64,000 nt of DNA from Clostridia bacterium (GTDB lineage Bacteria; Bacillota; Clostridia; Christensenellales; UBA3700): positions 43,374 through 107,373 of the forward strand of contig JAIDRT010000011.1 of NCBI GenBank assembly GCA_029061605.1, read 5' to 3'. The notes under the pieces were generated by a model. The model saw only the letters and a program-made list of their open reading frames with translations. It was not told where the DNA came from and ran no database searches. How positions within the stretch are numbered: position 1 is the first letter of the stretch; each line of letters starts with the position of its first letter. Shown in pieces: positions 26,572 to 38,000 of the stretch. Made by a program: the position numbers and the translations under genes.

Positions 26572-28155
26572 ATGAGAAAAAAATACGTTGTTTTCACAAT
26601 TATTCTTATAATTATTGCGTCAATGACTTTATGCGCATTTACGGCTTGCGCGTCGGGTCCAAAAGACGATAATAACGGCGGATGGAGTTGGGGACCTCCT
26701 ATCCCTGGCACGCCTGGAGACAATGGCTCTGCCTTTTACCCGGGAGACTCATCCGATTCAACTCACGAACCGGGATTTGATAATTATGAGATAAAAGAAA
26801 ATCCTGTGGTAGACACGAACATTCAAAACGACTTATACTTTTCCGTCGACACTCACACTGCCGCGTATACTCAACTCAAAAATCTCATCCTTAACGGACG
26901 CTATTACGGCTCTTTGGCAAATCACGTCAAAATAGATCAGATGCTCAACTATTTCCATTATGACTACTCCACTCCGCAAGATGACGAATTGCTTGCCGTC
27001 AATGCTTCTATGTTTGACTGCCCATACAACGGTAAAAAGAAATTGCTCCGCATAGGACTTACGTCAAAAGAAGTAGAACTAACAAGCGCTCAAAACAATA
27101 TCGTATTGCTTTTGGACGTATCAGGCTCTATGAGCGGAGCCAGCAAAATCGAACTTATGAAAAAAGCAATGATTATGACAGTAGAAAATCTCAGCCCTGA
27201 CGATAAAATATCTATCGTGACATACAGCAACGTAACAAAAGTCATAATCGACGGAATGACAATGGGCGAAAACGCCAACGAGATAAAGCGCAAAATCAAC
27301 GATTTGAGAGCAGACGGCGGAACTAACGGCGAAGGCGGAATACAAAAAGCATATGAAGTCGCAAAAAGTCATTTCATTGAGGACGGCAACAACCGCGTAA
27401 TTCTAGCCACGGACGGAGACTTCAATATAGGCATAAGCGATCCCGGCGAACTCAAAGAATTTATATCTTCAAAGCGCGACGACGGAATATACCTCACCTG
27501 CATAGGACTTGGATATAATTACGATTACTCCACTGCCACTATGGAAGCGCTTGCCAAGAGCGGCAACGGATATTGGGGATATATGCAAAATATGGACGAC
27601 GCCAAAAAGTTGCTTGTGGACGACCTTGCTTCAACTATAATCACCATTGCAAAAGACGTCAAAGCAAAAATAGTATTCAATGCCGACACTGTCAAAAACT
27701 TTAGACTTTTGGGATATGAAAACAACGTCATCTCCAGCGACGACTATGAAGACAATAGGACGGACGCAGGCGAAATAGGCACAGGCTTCACTCTTTCGCT
27801 GTGCTTTGAAATTCAACTAAACGACGACGTGGACTTGTCTCAAGAACTTGATATTGCCAACGTCAACGTGAGATATAAAGATGCAAAATCTACCCCTGAA
27901 GATATATCCAGCGAGTTGGATTTGCCAATCAACAGCAGATGCTACACTGACGAGCCGTCGCAAGACGACAAATTCGTGGCAAGCGTAGTAGAATTTGCGC
28001 TCATACTTCTTGAATCAAGATATAAGGCTGACGCAAATCTCGACAACGTCATTGCAAGATTGCAATCTATGGAATTCGACGACGAGTACAAAACTCAATT
28101 CGCAGAGGTAGTCAATACCTATAAAGAAAATTTGAATAACAACAACTTGCGATAA
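26572..28155 (+). CDS. von Willebrand factor type A (vWA) domain lipoprotein, YfbK-like
   Basis: The RBS is GGAGGAAAAGGT and the lipobox is AFTAC. The MIDAS-containing vWA core is VLLLDVSGSMSG...TDG. The N-terminal and C-terminal flanks resemble the YfbK architecture. Confidence 0.85.
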   Translation: MRKKYVVFTIILIIIASMTLCAFTACASGPKDDNNGGWSWGPPIPGTPGDNGSAFYPGDSSDSTHEPGFDNYEIKENPVVDTNIQNDLYFSVDTHTAAYTQLKNLILNGRYYGSLANHVKIDQMLNYFHYDYSTPQDDELLAVNASMFDCPYNGKKKLLRIGLTSKEVELTSAQNNIVLLLDVSGSMSGASKIELMKKAMIMTVENLSPDDKISIVTYSNVTKVIIDGMTMGENANEIKRKINDLRADGGTNGEGGIQKAYEVAKSHFIEDGNNRVILATDGDFNIGISDPGELKEFISSKRDDGIYLTCIGLGYNYDYSTATMEALAKSGNGYWGYMQNMDDAKKLLVDDLASTIITIAKDVKAKIVFNADTVKNFRLLGYENNVISSDDYEDNRTDAGEIGTGFTLSLCFEIQLNDDVDLSQELDIANVNVRYKDAKSTPEDISSELDLPINSRCYTDEPSQDDKFVASVVEFALILLESRYKADANLDNVIARLQSMEFDDEYKTQFAEVVNTYKENLNNNNLR

Positions 28156-28206
28156 TTTTTCCAATCAACACCTAAAACCTTAATTGCATCTTTATATCTA
28201 AAATAC

Positions 28207-28238
28207 AAGACAACCGCCATAATTATGACGGTTGTCTT
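28207..28238. terminator. Hairpin between convergent genes (bidirectional terminator)
   Basis: AAGACAACCG ... CGGTTGTCTT is a 10-bp stem with an internally palindromic loop (CATAATTATG). Confidence 0.6.
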
Positions 28239-28302
28239 ATCTATTATAATTTAATCTTAAGATACTTTTCTCTTCCGCAACTTCTCCACCGCGATATCTA
28301 TC

Positions 28303-28767
28303 CTATCGCAACTTGTCCTTGATCAAAAGCCAAGGTCCTATATCCCAACTCCCCGCATTTGCCGGCGAAGTAGACGGTAAGTAATGAAAAGTCAAATGCG
28401 GATAAGCCTTTTTTGCCGTATCAAATGACTTGCGTCCATTGCAAAAAATACCTTTTATATCAGCGGTATTAAGCACTCTTTCTATGTCGTTGGGCACAAC
28501 GTCAGTGATGTCGCTGTCTAGAGAGCCTTTTCGGTTACACGAATATATAATGTCCATAAGCGCAATATTATTGTCGATAAGCCATTGTCTTTTGCCTGCG
28601 ATATCGTCAGGCGCCGATGAGCCTACGACTTGTGAGATCGTATTCCAGAATCTATTGCGCGGATGCATATAATAAAATCCTTTCTCAAGAGATTTTACTG
28701 ACGCCATAGAGCCGAGTATTAGCACGCGGCTATTCTTATCATAGATAGGCTCAAAAGAATATATCAT
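28303..28767 (-). CDS. DNA-deoxyinosine (hypoxanthine) glycosylase, UDG superfamily
   Basis: 154 aa. RVLILGSMASVKS...YYMHPRNRFW is the characteristic motif of this UDG family. Confidence 0.78.
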   Translation of the reverse strand: MIYSFEPIYDKNSRVLILGSMASVKSLEKGFYYMHPRNRFWNTISQVVGSSAPDDIAGKRQWLIDNNIALMDIIYSCNRKGSLDSDITDVVPNDIERVLNTADIKGIFCNGRKSFDTAKKAYPHLTFHYLPSTSPANAGSWDIGPWLLIKDKLR

Positions 28768-29594
28768 TATTTACTTATAAAAATTTTGGTGCACGGCGCC
28801 TGTCCACCAATCACTTCGGATATGCTGTAACGTGGATTTGCAATATATACCTCGCTGCCGTTTTTGAGCGGCTCTTTGATATACTCAAGTTTTGCAACCG
28901 CTCCGTTTGCGCCCACTCTCGACGAGCCTATGCACTTGCTTTGCGCGGCGCATACCGCGTCGATAAGTTCATAACTATCCTTACCTGTGATATTTCTTAT
29001 CAAAGTTTTTTCATCCGTAGGGTCTGAATAAATGCCAAGCGTCGACGTATAAATAAGCAAAGTCTTGCACTTGACAAGGCAAGCGATTTGCGACGCTGTC
29101 TCGTCGTTGTCCATACAGTGCACGACGTCTTTTCTGTGTTTTGCAAGTTCTTGCAACTCAACTTTGTCTATCTCCTCAGAAGATAGCGGGTCGTTGTAAT
29201 TTATGATTGGTATAGCGCCTTGCGCAGGACATCTCAACAGCAATTTCTTGAGATTTTCTTTCTTTGCAGGGTCGTTAAAATGTCTATGTTCAACAAGTAT
29301 TTGCCTTACGGAATATCTTGGGTCGATATATTGGCGATAGTTGTTCATAAGAATAGTCTGTCCCTGCGCGGCATAATCCACTTTGACTTCGCTGTAATCG
29401 CCGTCAATCTCTCTACCGTTGCGTCGAATGTAATCAATTCTTCCTATTTCCGTCGCTCCGCTCGATACCCAAATATATCCTGATTTGAGTTCTCTGCTTA
29501 TTCTTGCAATGGCGTTGTAGTCTATATCGCCCCAAGCCTTGTTGACAAGCGCCATAGAGCCAACTTTTCCCACAAGTTCTACGTCAAATTTCAT
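28767..29594 (-). CDS. Amino-acid kinase family protein (glutamate-5-kinase-like)
   Basis: The N-terminal KVGSMAL, the SSGATEIG motif and a DNDETASQIA motif resemble the ProB/AAK fold. The specific substrate cannot be inferred. Confidence 0.6.
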   Translation of the reverse strand: MKFDVELVGKVGSMALVNKAWGDIDYNAIARISRELKSGYIWVSSGATEIGRIDYIRRNGREIDGDYSEVKVDYAAQGQTILMNNYRQYIDPRYSVRQILVEHRHFNDPAKKENLKKLLLRCPAQGAIPIINYNDPLSSEEIDKVELQELAKHRKDVVHCMDNDETASQIACLVKCKTLLIYTSTLGIYSDPTDEKTLIRNITGKDSYELIDAVCAAQSKCIGSSRVGANGAVAKLEYIKEPLKNGSEVYIANPRYSISEVIGGQAPCTKIFISK

Positions 29595-29636
29595 ATCCTA
29601 AAACCTCTTCTGTTTATCCTACTTTACTATGTAAAA

Positions 29637-30905
29637 TTATATTGCTCCGACTTCAATAAAGTCGCAACCATATTGCTTTATACAAATCAACACGACCTGC
29701 CCTGACTCGTTGATTTCTCCGCTGTCGATCTCTCCGATAGGCTTACCTGTCGTGGTATTTTTATCGGAGTTCTCGTCCGCAATGAGATTGATCACTCCGT
29801 TTTCGTCGATCTGCACGGTCACTGTGCCGTCCTCGTCAGTGCGATATACTTGCGCAAAGCCGTTGTAATCGTCGTCAGGAACAAGGTCTCTGTATATATC
29901 AAGCCTCTCAAGCACTTCAGGCGTCGGATGTCCGTAACTGTTGCCTGCTCCGCACGATATAATAGCGTATTCGCAATCTACTTTGTTGAGGAATTCCATC
30001 ATTGTCGAAGATCTCGAGCCGTGGTGTCCCACCTTCAGCACGTCTGCGTCAACGTTGTCAAAATACCCTTTATTCATAAGATACGTCTCAGATTTTTCGT
30101 TGGAATCGCCAGTCAAAACTATAGTTCTGTCAGCATATTCTAGAAAACAAGTTGGAGACACTGCATTTTTATTTTCGGCGGAAGAGCCGTTCTTGATCGA
30201 CGGATAATCCTCTTCGTCAAATGAATAACACTTCATAAGCCAATTTTCGCCGCTTATTTCATAAGAGCCAACGTTATAATTTATCTCGGCTTGCTTGGTT
30301 TCGCCATCTTCAACGTACGTTTCGCTTAAAGCCGCATTGTATGCGTTACGCCAAGTTGCGCTGGTCTCTATATCTGCCACCGGCAAATAGAAACTCTTGA
30401 TTTGATAATTGTCTACGAGTTTTTTAGTCTCTCTTATATGATCATAGTCTGTATGCGTAAGGAATAGATAATCAATAGTGGTTATCTTCAACTCCTTCAA
30501 CGCGCCGTCAATCACGTTCCAAGGCGAAGTCGTTCCCAACTCGCTGCCTATATCCATTACCATTACTTGACCGTCGGGGAAAAGCAAAAGTATGCAATCG
30601 CCCTGTCCAATGTCGAGCACACGCATTTCCATAATATCTCCGCTCAACTCGGCAACTCCACTTGGAATAGGCTTATTGGATACGTTCCCGCTTGATATAT
30701 TGCCGCTTGACTGTTCGCCGGATGGCAATTCTTCTTCCGCAAAGAAATTCTTGACAATGTCTATTATATCCTTCCACAGTCCTCTGATACTTATCAATAC
30801 GATTGCAATTATCAAAACAATGACCAAGATTACCGTCAAAATGGCTATAATCTTTTTTGTGTCTGAATTATTCTTTTTTGAATTTGAAGGCTTTCTGCTT
30901 GCCAT
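29637..30905 (-). CDS. Membrane-anchored metallo-beta-lactamase fold protein (ComEC/Rec2 C-terminal-domain-like)
   Basis: There is an N-terminal TM helix. Motifs are VLDIGQGDCILL, LTHTDYDHI and KVGHHGSRSS. Confidence 0.8.
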   Translation of the reverse strand: MASRKPSNSKKNNSDTKKIIAILTVILVIVLIIAIVLISIRGLWKDIIDIVKNFFAEEELPSGEQSSGNISSGNVSNKPIPSGVAELSGDIMEMRVLDIGQGDCILLLFPDGQVMVMDIGSELGTTSPWNVIDGALKELKITTIDYLFLTHTDYDHIRETKKLVDNYQIKSFYLPVADIETSATWRNAYNAALSETYVEDGETKQAEINYNVGSYEISGENWLMKCYSFDEEDYPSIKNGSSAENKNAVSPTCFLEYADRTIVLTGDSNEKSETYLMNKGYFDNVDADVLKVGHHGSRSSTMMEFLNKVDCEYAIISCGAGNSYGHPTPEVLERLDIYRDLVPDDDYNGFAQVYRTDEDGTVTVQIDENGVINLIADENSDKNTTTGKPIGEIDSGEINESGQVVLICIKQYGCDFIEVGAI

Positions 30906-30923
30906 AAAAACTCCTTTGACAAA

Positions 30924-32462
30924 TCAATCTTCGTCAGAAAAATACTCCAACATCTTTTTCTTTTTAGGCGGCTTATTGTCGCCGTGCTTAATAAATACCG
31001 TCGTCAGCAAGGCAAGCCCTATGAATATGGAAGCATAAATAAAGACCGTGCTTTGGTTTATCTTATCCATAAATATACCTGCGAACGCCGGTGTGACCGC
31101 TTGCGCCGACATAGAAAATGCGTAATAGTATCCGGTATATTTGCCGACGGTGCTACCCCTTGACAACTCCGTGACCATAGGCAACGTGTTGACGTTGACG
31201 CATACCATACCAAATCCCGCAAGCAAGAAGCACAGTGGGAATAGGTATTTAACACCTGCCGTATTTGCCGTCATAAAGAAGCACGGTATAAATGCAAGCG
31301 CAGCGACGACTACTCCAATGATTATCGTCTTCTTTCTGCCCAGTTTGTTGGCAAGCAATGCGACAGGCAACAGCGCTATTGCTCCGCCTGCGCCGTTGAG
31401 TATAGATATTGTTCCAACGTAGCCTTGCTCAAATAGCAACGTCTGCGTTGCGTACGTCGAAAGGTGCGACTTGACGGCGTTATATCCCATAAACCACAAA
31501 AATACCGTCATCAAAATCAAGAAGAGCGACACAAGTTTTGCTTTTGGCAATTTATCCGTGCCTTCCGCCTCTTCTTCGTCTACGACGTTATACTTTTCCT
31601 CTTCCTCTTCTCTCAACTGCACAAACTTTTTTTCTTTGACTGTGAGCATAAATGCGAGAAGTATCAACAACAGCACTGTAGCCGTTGCGATAAACAGCCA
31701 TAGATAATTCTTCGTCTCTTTGTTGGCGAATATCTTATAGAGCACGATTGCGACAAGTCCGCCTGCTCCGCCCATAAACGTAATAAGCGCATTGGCTTGC
31801 GATCTCAGCGGCTTGGGAGTAATGTCAGGCATAAGCGATACCGCAGGCGAGCGGTATGAAGACATAGACACCAACAGCAACAACAACGCTATGATAAACA
31901 TCACAAGTATCCATACGTTGTCTTTTGCAACCTGACCCGCCATTGCAATTTGCGCCTGCTTCAAAGCAGAAAGTATCGCCGTATCCTTCGTCGCCATAAG
32001 ATCGGCATAACTTGTATTCAAATTCAATCCTGCTCCGGTAATAGCGTCTGCAAGCGCAGGATTGTATTCCATCAATTTTGCGGTATCAGCATAACCTGCC
32101 GCCATAATTTTTTGAAACTCTAAAAGTTCGAATATGGACAAAATAATCAAAGCCACCGCGGCTGCGATAGATCCCCAGAAAATAAACTTGGTGCGCCTAC
32201 CCATCCTTGCATTGACCGACTTGTCTGAAATTGAGCCAAACAAAGGCAAGAGAAAGATTGCCAAAAGATTGTCAAGTCCCATAATCAAGCCGTACTGCCA
32301 AGAATTGAGACCAAAACGCGTGTTGAGGATAAGCGGCATTATGTAATCGTAGACTTCCCAAAAACACATTATGCCAAAGAAAGCAAATCCCACAAGTATC
32401 GTTCTCTTGTAGTCCAATCTCAAAGTATCGCCTTTTTGCGCGGTATTTTTTTCTTTTTCCAT
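30924..32462 (-). CDS. MFS transporter (glycoside/SLC45-like)
   Basis: 512 aa, about 12 TM helices with an extended central loop. It is adjacent to a glycoside hydrolase gene. Confidence 0.78.
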   Translation of the reverse strand: MEKEKNTAQKGDTLRLDYKRTILVGFAFFGIMCFWEVYDYIMPLILNTRFGLNSWQYGLIMGLDNLLAIFLLPLFGSISDKSVNARMGRRTKFIFWGSIAAAVALIILSIFELLEFQKIMAAGYADTAKLMEYNPALADAITGAGLNLNTSYADLMATKDTAILSALKQAQIAMAGQVAKDNVWILVMFIIALLLLLVSMSSYRSPAVSLMPDITPKPLRSQANALITFMGGAGGLVAIVLYKIFANKETKNYLWLFIATATVLLLILLAFMLTVKEKKFVQLREEEEEKYNVVDEEEAEGTDKLPKAKLVSLFLILMTVFLWFMGYNAVKSHLSTYATQTLLFEQGYVGTISILNGAGGAIALLPVALLANKLGRKKTIIIGVVVAALAFIPCFFMTANTAGVKYLFPLCFLLAGFGMVCVNVNTLPMVTELSRGSTVGKYTGYYYAFSMSAQAVTPAFAGIFMDKINQSTVFIYASIFIGLALLTTVFIKHGDNKPPKKKKMLEYFSDED

Positions 32463-32566
32463 AATTTCCCTACTTTTAAGAGTTTATTTATATGAGTATA
32501 TCATATAACGCGCTACTATGTCCATTATTTTTTACTTCACCAAAAGCGTCTGATAGAAACGCCATA

Positions 32567-34570
32567 TTATGATGAGATTTTGGATACGATCTTTATATTA
32601 TGCAGTCTCATTTCAAAAGGTTGAAGCGAAATTTCAAATTTATCTCCGCTTTCGACAGTCACAGTTTCACCGCTTATTGGATAAAAACCGGAGATCTCGT
32701 ATCTGCTATCGTCAAAACTCAACGCCTTATGGTCAAAGGCATACTTCATTGCCCTGTCGGAAGAATTGCGGATCGCCAATATTCCCTTGCCCTCGTCAAA
32801 GGCATAATAGCCATATACACCGCCGTCTTCTGGAGCGTCGCCAAAGAATACGCTATGGCGAATCGTATCAAAGTTTGCCTCAGCCCATTGCAAAACTTCA
32901 GTAGCCGCCTCATATCTCTTTGCGTCAAACATATGAGGCGAAAAATATAGTTCTACAAAGCCAGTGCCTCTCATCATACACATATAAAGATACGTCTTAA
33001 ATTGATCTATATCGTATACCACCGTTGGATGCGCAGGTCCGGGATTCTGCAAATTGCTTGTCATTGGCGGATTGCAATTGCGCTCTGCATAACACGGCTC
33101 GTGATTGTACAAGTTGGATACTGGGAATTGCAACTGCCTCACTTCAAAGAAATCGCGGTACTTACCGTCGCGATAGTTGAGGCATTGCGAAAGATCATCA
33201 CCCTTGCCTGCATACCCCATATCGGCGCAGTTGTTGAGCCAAATTGCGTCGCACCACTTCAAAAACCAAGGCGAACAGTGCGCGTACGACGTGACGTTGA
33301 GGAATACGTCGGGACGCGTCTTGCGAATATTCTCAAATCCCTTAGTCCACTCTTCCCAAAGGAAAGTATAGAAATAAAGTCCGTCGCCTACGCCTTTTGG
33401 GTGTCCGTGATTTTTTGCCTTGCAAGGCGTGATCGCAAAGCCGTCTATCTTAAAATAACTTACGTTGTAATTCTCGCAAAAATCTGCCATCTTTGCGCAC
33501 AGATCTTTGATATATCTTGGATTGCAAACGCAAATATCGTGAGACTGGTCGCACTTGGGATAACCTATGCTCTCTAGCAATTTAGCATACTTATACGTCT
33601 GTTGAGTATATCCGCCGCGCGGACCAAACCATACGCCGAAAGTTGAGCCGAGTTGTTTTGTCAAATTGCTTTCGCTATAAAATTCATTGGGGAACTTATT
33701 TCTGTCAAACTCCCAAAATTTTGCACTCTCATAATCTATCCAGCCGTCGTCAACGACGTAGCAATCAAGCGGACGAAGTCCCGCTTGAGCAAAGCCGTCT
33801 GCAATTGCCTTAAATGACTTTTCGATCTTATTGCTGTCAATAGCAAGCATATTGTCATACCAACTATTGAATTGCAATCTAAATTTTGCAGGCTGCGCGG
33901 CAATCGTCGCAACGTAATCAAAGAAGTCAGCGCGCATTGAGTGAAAATTGCAATGCTTTCCGCTGCCTATCACAAAAGGTATAGTCGTATACGTTCCGTC
34001 CTTTGCAATTTCGGCAAACTTCCTGCCAATATAATATCTGCTGTAAGCAAAGTCATTTTCAATTCTGTTGTCTGCTACTGGAAACTCTCCGCCGAAAAAC
34101 ATATCGCCTACGTAATATGGCTGTCCCATAGTCGTAATATATGCCGGTATCATCACTCTTTTTTTAACTTTGGGTATGCTCCACTTAAAATCTATTCCGC
34201 TTACGCCAAAACCGTCAAGGTCAATAAAGTCTATCGTCACTTGCGGATTGGACACTTTTAATTCAAGAGTTTTTCTCAATACTCCTGATTGCTCGTCAGC
34301 AACGTATGCTATACGAATATTCCAATCAATTCCGCCGTGCGTAATAGCCAACTCTACTTGACTTTCGTCGGCTTTAACGACGCTCATTTGCGTACTGTCA
34401 AAATATGCCTTCTTGCGCAAAATACCGCTTTTTACAAAATACGATACTCCGCACTCATACCCCGATTGATTTATTTTGTTGCCTGTAATTTTGTTGACGA
34501 TATACGTTCCAACGATTTTATCTCCGCTGACGTCAATTCCCTTGATTACTTTTTGCGATTCAAATTTCAT
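32567..34570 (-). CDS. Glycoside hydrolase, alpha-galactosidase-like (clan GH-D type motifs)
   Basis: CYVVDDGW and YFKIDGF motifs resemble the GH36/GH27 catalytic barrel. Family assignment is tentative. I place the start at ATG 34570, after GGGGAGAG. Confidence 0.6.
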   Translation of the reverse strand: MKFESQKVIKGIDVSGDKIVGTYIVNKITGNKINQSGYECGVSYFVKSGILRKKAYFDSTQMSVVKADESQVELAITHGGIDWNIRIAYVADEQSGVLRKTLELKVSNPQVTIDFIDLDGFGVSGIDFKWSIPKVKKRVMIPAYITTMGQPYYVGDMFFGGEFPVADNRIENDFAYSRYYIGRKFAEIAKDGTYTTIPFVIGSGKHCNFHSMRADFFDYVATIAAQPAKFRLQFNSWYDNMLAIDSNKIEKSFKAIADGFAQAGLRPLDCYVVDDGWIDYESAKFWEFDRNKFPNEFYSESNLTKQLGSTFGVWFGPRGGYTQQTYKYAKLLESIGYPKCDQSHDICVCNPRYIKDLCAKMADFCENYNVSYFKIDGFAITPCKAKNHGHPKGVGDGLYFYTFLWEEWTKGFENIRKTRPDVFLNVTSYAHCSPWFLKWCDAIWLNNCADMGYAGKGDDLSQCLNYRDGKYRDFFEVRQLQFPVSNLYNHEPCYAERNCNPPMTSNLQNPGPAHPTVVYDIDQFKTYLYMCMMRGTGFVELYFSPHMFDAKRYEAATEVLQWAEANFDTIRHSVFFGDAPEDGGVYGYYAFDEGKGILAIRNSSDRAMKYAFDHKALSFDDSRYEISGFYPISGETVTVESGDKFEISLQPFEMRLHNIKIVSKISS

Positions 34571-34707
34571 TGCTCTCCCCATAACTGTAAAATCTTTGAT
34601 TTTGAAAAATATAAGACTAGTAAAATATATTTATTCAATGTATCTATAATAACATAATATGGATATAATTTCAAGAGGCAAATGCGATAATTCGCGCTTA
34701 ACATTTT

Positions 34708-34918
34708 TCTTGGCTTCCCTTTGAGTTTTTATAATGTCACCTCAACCGAAATGGAGAGGTGACATTATAGACTCGTTTGACGCCGCTTACGCTACGCTCA
34801 GAGTGACGAATTGAGTGTGTTATTCTCGCTTTAAACGCGTCACCCTGAGCGTAGTCGAAGGGGCATTCTGCCATTTTGACCTACTTTTGATGTCATTTTG
34901 AGCACAGTCGAAATGACG
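34708..34918. repeat. Largest REP-like array in the window
   Basis: Components are 34708-34730 TTCTTGGCTTCCCTTTGAG (G-rich sub-unit fragment), 34736-34763 GTCACCTC...GAGGTGAC hairpin, 34779-34808 ...GCTACGCTCAGAGTGACG, 34839-34864 GTCACCCTGAGCGTAGTCGAAGGGGC and 34892-34918 GTCATTTTGAGCACAGTCGAAATGACG. Confidence 0.8.
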
Positions 34919-35033
34919 TTTATATATATTTATCCACACCTAAAAAGGTGCGTACTATATCATACACACCTTTTTAATATATCTGTTGCGTTAACAACAA
35001 TTTCACTGCTCTTTGCGCTATATGCGATTGCTC

Positions 35034-38000
35034 TTACTTCTTGTTTCTCATAGCGCGCTGCTCTTTGAGAAGATCTTGATACCGCTCGATTTGGTCTTCT
35101 CTCAAATCAATCATATTCCTTGCTACTTTGCAAGACTGCGCGTCATCAACTACGACTTCTGTCTCCTTTACCTTGACTTTTGTTCCGTCATTTGTCGCGT
35201 CTCTTCTGATGTCCTTCAAATACTCGTCTTCCATCTTAAAGAGCGCTACCGTAGTGTCTTTCTTTATCGTCAACTTGATAAGCGGATTGACGCTCGACTG
35301 ACCTAAGAGTATGAAGTAAGTCGACTTCTTCTCTTTACACTTGTCTTTCGTCAACGCGTATTCTCTTAGGCTGTCAAAGTACTTTTTCTGTTGCTTAGAC
35401 AGTCTTGCGTACGCTTCGTCAAGTGTAAGTCTCGGAGCCCTTTCCTTTGGCGTCTTTACAGGTGCGGTTACTTTTACTTCTTTCTCAATTACCTTTTCTA
35501 CCACTTTCTCTACAGGTACTTCGACTATTTTCTCTACCTCGACAGGAACTTCTACCTTGACTTCTTTCTCTACTACTTTTTCTACTTCTACTGGCACCTC
35601 AACGACTTTTTCCACTATCTTTTCGACAGGCACTTCTTTCTCAATTATCTGCGCTTGAGGTTGAGTTGTTGACAATTCCAAGATTTTTTCCATTAGTTTT
35701 TCTTGGTTTTGCATCAAGTTTTCCTGCGTCTTCATCATCTGCTTTATTGTTTCGTCATTAGCAAGCGTTGCCACTACTTCTTTCTCGACGATTTTCTCGG
35801 CAGGCTGATCCGCCATTTTCTTCATCAACAATTCTTGATTATGAGCAAGGTCTTCTTGCGTCTTCATTATCTGTTTGATAATTTCGTCATTATTCGAAGC
35901 CTGTTGAGGCAACATCTGTTGCATACCAGGTAACATTGCCGTAACTGTCTCGGAGATAAGTCCTCTCATTTCTTCGACGCTTATGCCGGATTGCGCGTAA
36001 GCGTATCCGCCCTGCGGCATTCCCTGTCCCATATTGCCGCCTGCATTTCCGCCCATCATACTCATAAACATCATTTGCATATTTTCGTCGCGCTTTCTTG
36101 CCTCTTCTTCTCTCTTTCTATCCTCTACGTCTGCCTTATTGCGCTCGTACTCGTCGCGCAACTCCTCGGCGTATATCAACGACTTGTTATACTTGCTCTT
36201 TGCTATTATCATAAATACGATACTCAATACCGCCAAGCCCATCAATACGCACGCTATCGCAGTCCAGCCTGCCGTTGCAAGTCCCAAGAACGCTCCTGCA
36301 TAATACGTCTTGTATTTGCTCTCCGCCATTCTCTTATTCTGCTTGCTCTTGGACAAATAGCCAAAGCCTTTGCTTGCAAATATTAGTATCAATATTATGG
36401 ATATTATACTTGCTATTATCTGCCACAGCGGTATCTCTTTGAGTTTTTGCAATATCTCGTCAAGTGTTCCGCCACTATTGTTGCCGCTACCTGGGTTATC
36501 TCCGCTAGGCGTATTATTGTCTCCGCTATTGCTTGGCAAATCGGGATCAGTCTGCGGATAAGACGGATTGCTTGGAGAATTTGGATCGTACAACTCTTCA
36601 TTGCCTGTTACGCTGAATTCCTTCCAAGCCGTCTCTATCGTGCCGTCGGCAAATATAAAGTTGTTCAGTTGGTCATCCTTTATCTTGCCTCTTATTCTAT
36701 ACGTCTTTCCTGCAACCAATTCGTTATACGCTACGACGTTATCGTCAGCGTCTACAATCTCATATTCTACTCCGTTGATTTGTCCATATTTCAACTTGAG
36801 CGTAGGCGGCTTGATATTGTCGTTCCACTCTACCGCTATTTGCGCTTTGACTATCGCGTAGTCAAATTCGTAATCGCCATCTATTTGGTATCTGTCTATA
36901 TATGCATTCTTTAGACTTATCTCAACTCTGTAATTTCCAACTTCCGTAGGCGCGGTGGCAAGTCTCGTATATCCGTCGTAATAAGTCAAGTCAAAAGCAG
37001 TCGTCGGCAATGCTCCGTTTGCCACTGCGAGTTTTGCGTGTCTAGGATTGGTGTTGTATTCCATAGTCGCGTTTTCAAGAGATACGCTAACTTTCGTCAA
37101 GTCTTTACCTACTCTGAATATCTTGGATTGCGCCGAAGGGTCGTCAAGCAAATAATTGAGCGTATCTTGCAATACAGGCTTTGCGATATAGAACTTGGCT
37201 TGGCTCTCCGACCAAATTATATCTTCTTTCCTAATCGGCGTATCACTCTTTATATTGCCCATTGAGTCACATTCGTAATAGTCATACGTAACCACGTCGC
37301 CGTCGGCATTGGGATCTCTTAACACCGGAATATCAAATGCCTTGCCATTGCTATCCGTAGTGGAAGAGTTCTTCCAACTTGACGCCTGTATCTCCGCCTT
37401 GACTATATTCCAACTCTTATTCCACTCAAAATCTTCGTTTAAATCGATATACGACGTCGGGTCGTTTTCGTCCGGCAGTACGTAGTTATCCTCGTATCCG
37501 CTTGCCAAGGCAAAAGTAACGTATGCCGAACCGCTCGTGCCAACCGTCGTACCGGTGTAATTGCCATAAGTCGGTATAAGTCCTTCCGGCAAGGTCTTGG
37601 GATCAAGTATCGCTTGGCTTCCGTCAACTTTGTTATACGGCAACTGTCCGTCATATTGCCACTTGACATTAGATAAATCAAACTTAGCCTTCTCAATTGT
37701 CCACTTGATAGAATACTCTTTGATTGTACCTTCTGGCGTCTTTACTCTTGCTGTAGTTATATACTCGCCTGCGTTGGTGCCTTTTGCGTTTTTATATCCA
37801 TTGATATACCCCTCTACACTATAACTTGTATCAACTGAATATCCGCTGGGCAAACTTGTTGTTAAAGAATGTTCTTTACCGCTATAAACCAATTTTATTT
37901 TATCAAATTCTGGAGTAGTCGCAATATCTATATCAAAATACATTGACGTCTTTATAACTCCATTGATACGTAACTGCCAAAAGATTGAAGAATTTACGTC

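Noticed and set aside
34700-34920. Possibility that the clustered intergenic repeats are CRISPR arrays
   Set aside because: Units occur in both orientations, with irregular spacing and variable length. Each locus has only 1-5 units, and no cas genes are present.
35341-35672. Plus-strand ORFs with FST/STG and FY-rich repeats
   Set aside because: They are antisense readings of the VEKxVExPVE tandem-repeat region of the giant gene.
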